DNA of 64,000 nt, taken from Bugula neritina (Eukaryota; Animalia; Bryozoa). A program made the translations under genes and the position numbers. This document shows positions 60,895-64,000 of the stretch, piece after piece (position 1 is the first letter of the stretch; each line of letters starts with the position of its first letter). Under the pieces are notes generated by a model, which worked only from the letters and a program-made list of their open reading frames with translations, was not told the DNA's origin and ran no database searches. The DNA lies in the NCBI GenBank assembly GCA_964035545.1, contig OZ037765.1, positions 8,628,698-8,692,697 of the forward strand, in the 5' to 3' direction.

Positions 60895-61894
60895 TTTCAC
60901 CTTTAAAAAAGGTTAATCCTACAATGAAAGGGTAAATAAATTTAATACAAAAAAACTAATAGAAATACAGATGTAAGCAATAATGATAAACATAAGACAA
61001 TTGTCAATTACAAAAGAGGAAATTTAGCTATGACAAGTAAAATATATTGATACAGACATAAACATATCAATTACTTGAACATGCTACAATATATCTATCT
61101 ATTCAATTTCGTATAATATCAAAAAGAAAAATAATAAAAAACATTCTATTATATTTTTACGTAACAAAATTTAATAATGATAATAAATCCCACAAAAAGT
61201 GGTAATATAAACTAAAAAGTATAGCTAAAAACTGCCCAGATTTTTGCTTGTCTGCTACGTACTGCAAGACCTTAACAAACTAGTTAAAAGTGCAACACCA
61301 GCAATATGCATATTGTTATGATTTTCAGTTTTAGGGTTGATGTGCCACCAAGAGAGTCTATTTATCACTAGAGAAACTGCACCGAGTTAAGTCGAGTAGA
61401 TATCGTTATATTTTAATACAAGAATACATAATAAAATCTAATGTACAACAGTAATGATACGCACGTCTATTTAATTTACAGCACTATCCTCAACTGAGCT
61501 AGTAGCGCGAAGCTGCTACTATTACTCATAAAACAGCCTAGCTAATTGGCTAATACATTGTTCCGGGTCAATACGCAACCTTGCGTATTGTGTTGCTGGT
61601 AGCTCCACGAGCCACCACACTGCCCCCTCCAGCAGAAAGCCCTCTTTCTGATAAAAATAAAATTCACATAAAAAAAATGTATACTTCGTTGGGGGGGGGG
61701 GGAAGAGAACAGTATAAAAGTATATACAAAAAAAACAAACAACCAATGAAATATACAGGTATATATAAAACGTGCACAATAAGTAATAAGTAAGAGAAGG
61801 TCCTATCTACAGGTAGAGTACGTGCCACCATAACGGTAGGGAATGCCACAGAGAGGTAGGGGAAGAGTAGTATGGAGTTGGAGATAGACTCAAG

Positions 61895-63024
61895 TTAACT
61901 GCGTGCCGCACGCTTCATGCGTTTAATAGACTCCTGTAAATATTTGAGTTCACTGGATGCAGCCTGTATCCGTGGGGCCAGCCTATACACTTCTTGCTCC
62001 AAGTCGTGTGCCCTAGCTTCTACTTCACGTAGGTTGCGGGCCCAGGGGGACGAGCGAGAGGAAGTCGGCTGTCTGTGTCTTTTCCGCTCTGAGGATGGAA
62101 GGGGAGGAGGGAGTGTATACGCATTCGTGTCTACCCTCTGTAGTACGACACGAGGAAAGGTATGCGGCATGCGTAGAGGACTGTGAGGTGGAGAGTTAGT
62201 AGACTGTATAGGTTTATCTGTGGCTCCAGAGATGATGGGTCGCGGGGAAGGGAAGCCTTGCTCCAGGCGAGATAGCCGAGCTGAGTCAGTGATGAGTGGT
62301 TTGATGGCGTTGAGAAATGCAGGATAGGATGATTCGTCTACTTCATAGACATGTCCTTGATAACACTGCATAGTACGTTGGTGACGCAGTAGGTAATCAC
62401 GATTGTAGCTATATTCTCCGCAAGGGCAGAAAGTGGTGATGTAATGTTGCGGCAAGTGTACTTTCAGTCTGCGGTGGGTTGTAAATCGCTGCTGGCAGAG
62501 GTTACATTCGCGATTACTTTCACCTCCTTGATGAGTCCTAATCTCCCTCTCTGTGGCAGGGGTAATCCAGTTGGAGGTTGCTTCCAACTGGGGTGGCAGT
62601 TGCCTGGTTGTAGAAGTTGTTGGGGCCGGCTCTGGGTCTCACGCCATCTCTAGAGAAGGCATGCCCGGAGAGACGGGCGCGAGTGTGTCTACAAAAGTAG
62701 AATTATTGTTAGATCGCGGTGGATCTTTACAACATAATTCTAGTGACTGTCGACCGTTGCTAGCCTGAGAGTCACAGCTTTTGGAATGCACTCGAGGAAC
62801 CGATGAATCATGTGTGGACTGACCAAGAACAGTGTCTAGCTCCAGGTCTAACAGACCGTCGGCCATTACAGTGTCTTCATCGTCATTCACATGAAACGTG
62901 GTTCCCAGTAATTCTGATTCAATCTGCTGAATTAGTTCAGAATTTACTGGCATCGAGCCCGTTTCCATGAATAGGAATACAAGACTTATACTGGCTTACC
63001 TGGGAACTCGGTATTAATGTCCAT
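61895..63024 (-). CDS. Accessory zinc-finger/coiled-coil gene of element 2; predicted exons 63024-63000 and 62688-61895, with one in-frame TGA at 62641-62639
   Basis: CNLC-x12-H LPQ H, FCPCG-x11-H..C, VDESSYP..L.AIKP and a C-terminal heptads/basic tail align with the element 1 ORF. G|GTAAGC donor and TTTTGTAG acceptor. Confidence 0.75.
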
Positions 63025-64000
63025 ACTCAACGTTCTTGGTAAGATTGGAGCTGGTTGTGAGATACGTCTGCCTTTGGCAATGTCAGCATAAGAAAAGGCT
63101 GAGCATCGTTTCTCAGGCACGAGGTCGGAACTATTTGCTTTACGCGCATTAATTCCTCCCACTATTCCGCCCTCGCAAAAGTTGATATTTGCGTGGGGTT
63201 CACAACTCCAACATTTTATCGTACGGTTTTCCCCTAGACTTTCATGTGCGCCGCTTCTAATGCAGTCACATACGAAGTCTTTTAAATATGGTGGGGGTTT
63301 CCTCGTACGCTGTCCCCTTTCTAGGGGGGGTGACACGCTTGCCGGTTCGTTAGTAGGGGCCTCTAATGGCGTCTCTACTTCACCGTTAGCGGTCACCTCT
63401 TCTTGTTCTCCGGATGGAGCCCCTCCCTCCATGGGGGTTTGCACTTCCGGAATCGGCTCGGTTTCTGGAAGTGATGGAATTAGACTTGGCGGTGGCGGAC
63501 ACGCTTCTGTTGACAAAAGCTGCCGCTCCTCTCTCACCAAGTTTTCTTCCCGCGGTATGACCACTTCGTATTCAGGTCCATGCCGCCGTCGCCCGCGCGT
63601 CGTTGTCTGCCTCCTGGGCTCTAACAACGGGGGGGCTTCTCCCACTCCGTCGGGGCTAGCCCAATACGGTTTCAAGCGAGACTCATTCTGGATAGACACC
63701 TGTCCTGAGCGCTCGATCTTGTACGTATGATTGGGCATAGCCTCGACGACCACGTAGGGCCCTACGAACTTAGGCTTCAGTTTATCAGCCTGTCCGCGAC
63801 GCCTACAGTAATTGACCATCCACACCTTATCTCCCGTTTGATAGAGAGGTGGTTCATCGGAATCTTCGTGCCGCACCTTCCACTGCTGTTGGCGCAGTAT
63901 ATCGTGTGCGGCCTTCATCCGTTCCACTAGTTCACTGGCATACTCGTGAACCGAGTTGTCTTGCTCTGGAACGTGATAGGTGAGATGGTCAGGGACACGA
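62986..64000 (-). CDS. pol: pol, integrase C-terminal part (partial; open to the window edge)
   Basis: YQTGDKVW..KLKPKFVGPYVVVE..HTYKI (GPY/F module) and RTRKPPPYLKDFV; the tail is homologous to the end of element 1 pol. Confidence 0.9.
   Translation of the reverse strand, partial: RVPDHLTYHVPEQDNSVHEYASELVERMKAAHDILRQQQWKVRHEDSDEPPLYQTGDKVWMVNYCRRRGQADKLKPKFVGPYVVVEAMPNHTYKIERSGQVSIQNESRLKPYWASPDGVGEAPPLLEPRRQTTTRGRRRHGPEYEVVIPREENLVREERQLLSTEACPPPPSLIPSLPETEPIPEVQTPMEGGAPSGEQEEVTANGEVETPLEAPTNEPASVSPPLERGQRTRKPPPYLKDFVCDCIRSGAHESLGENRTIKCWSCEPHANINFCEGGIVGGINARKANSSDLVPEKRCSAFSYADIAKGRRISQPAPILPRTLSMDINTEFPGKPV

Larger units (their letters stand above)
61314..64000 (-). mobile_element. Ty3/Gypsy LTR retrotransposon (element 2), 3' portion, related to element 1; continues beyond the right edge
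   Basis: Integrase C-terminus with GPY/F module, accessory zinc-finger ORF, PPT at 61620-61634, 3' LTR ~61314-61619 (TGTTAT...ACCACA). The outer LTR boundary is inferred. Confidence 0.9.

Noticed and set aside
62639-62641. Selenocysteine or programmed readthrough at the in-frame TGA
   Set aside because: The context (TGA GAC) is not the usual UGA-CUA readthrough motif, no SECIS was recognised, and element 1 has no stop here. A CpG mutation is simpler.

Overview
This is AT-rich, intron-rich, gene-dense eukaryotic DNA, most consistent with a compact invertebrate animal genome. It is not prokaryotic and has no CRISPR array. Host genes, left to right: a long multi-exon WD40-repeat gene (WDR87/WDR97-like, minus strand, running off the left edge), RAD51C, RRP7A, VPS26, a C2H2 zinc-finger gene, an unidentified spliced gene and a coiled-coil gene (minus). 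Between the WD gene and RAD51C is a three-layer nested insertion: a 5'-truncated LINE, split by a TTAA/piggyBac-like MITE, itself split by a young Gypsy LTR element with identical 352-bp LTRs. A related Gypsy element enters at the right edge. The main candidate for a new system is an accessory gene between pol and the 3' LTR of both Gypsy elements. It encodes tandem zinc fingers plus a C-terminal coiled coil, not Env. In both elements it appears to be a two-exon gene with a 25-nt ATG mini-exon and a conserved phase-1 GT-AG intron. The complete element has lost RT, RNase H and the integrase core through in-frame deletions, but keeps Gag, a -1 frameshift cassette, protease and this accessory gene. 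All coordinates and comparisons were read by eye; no searches were run.
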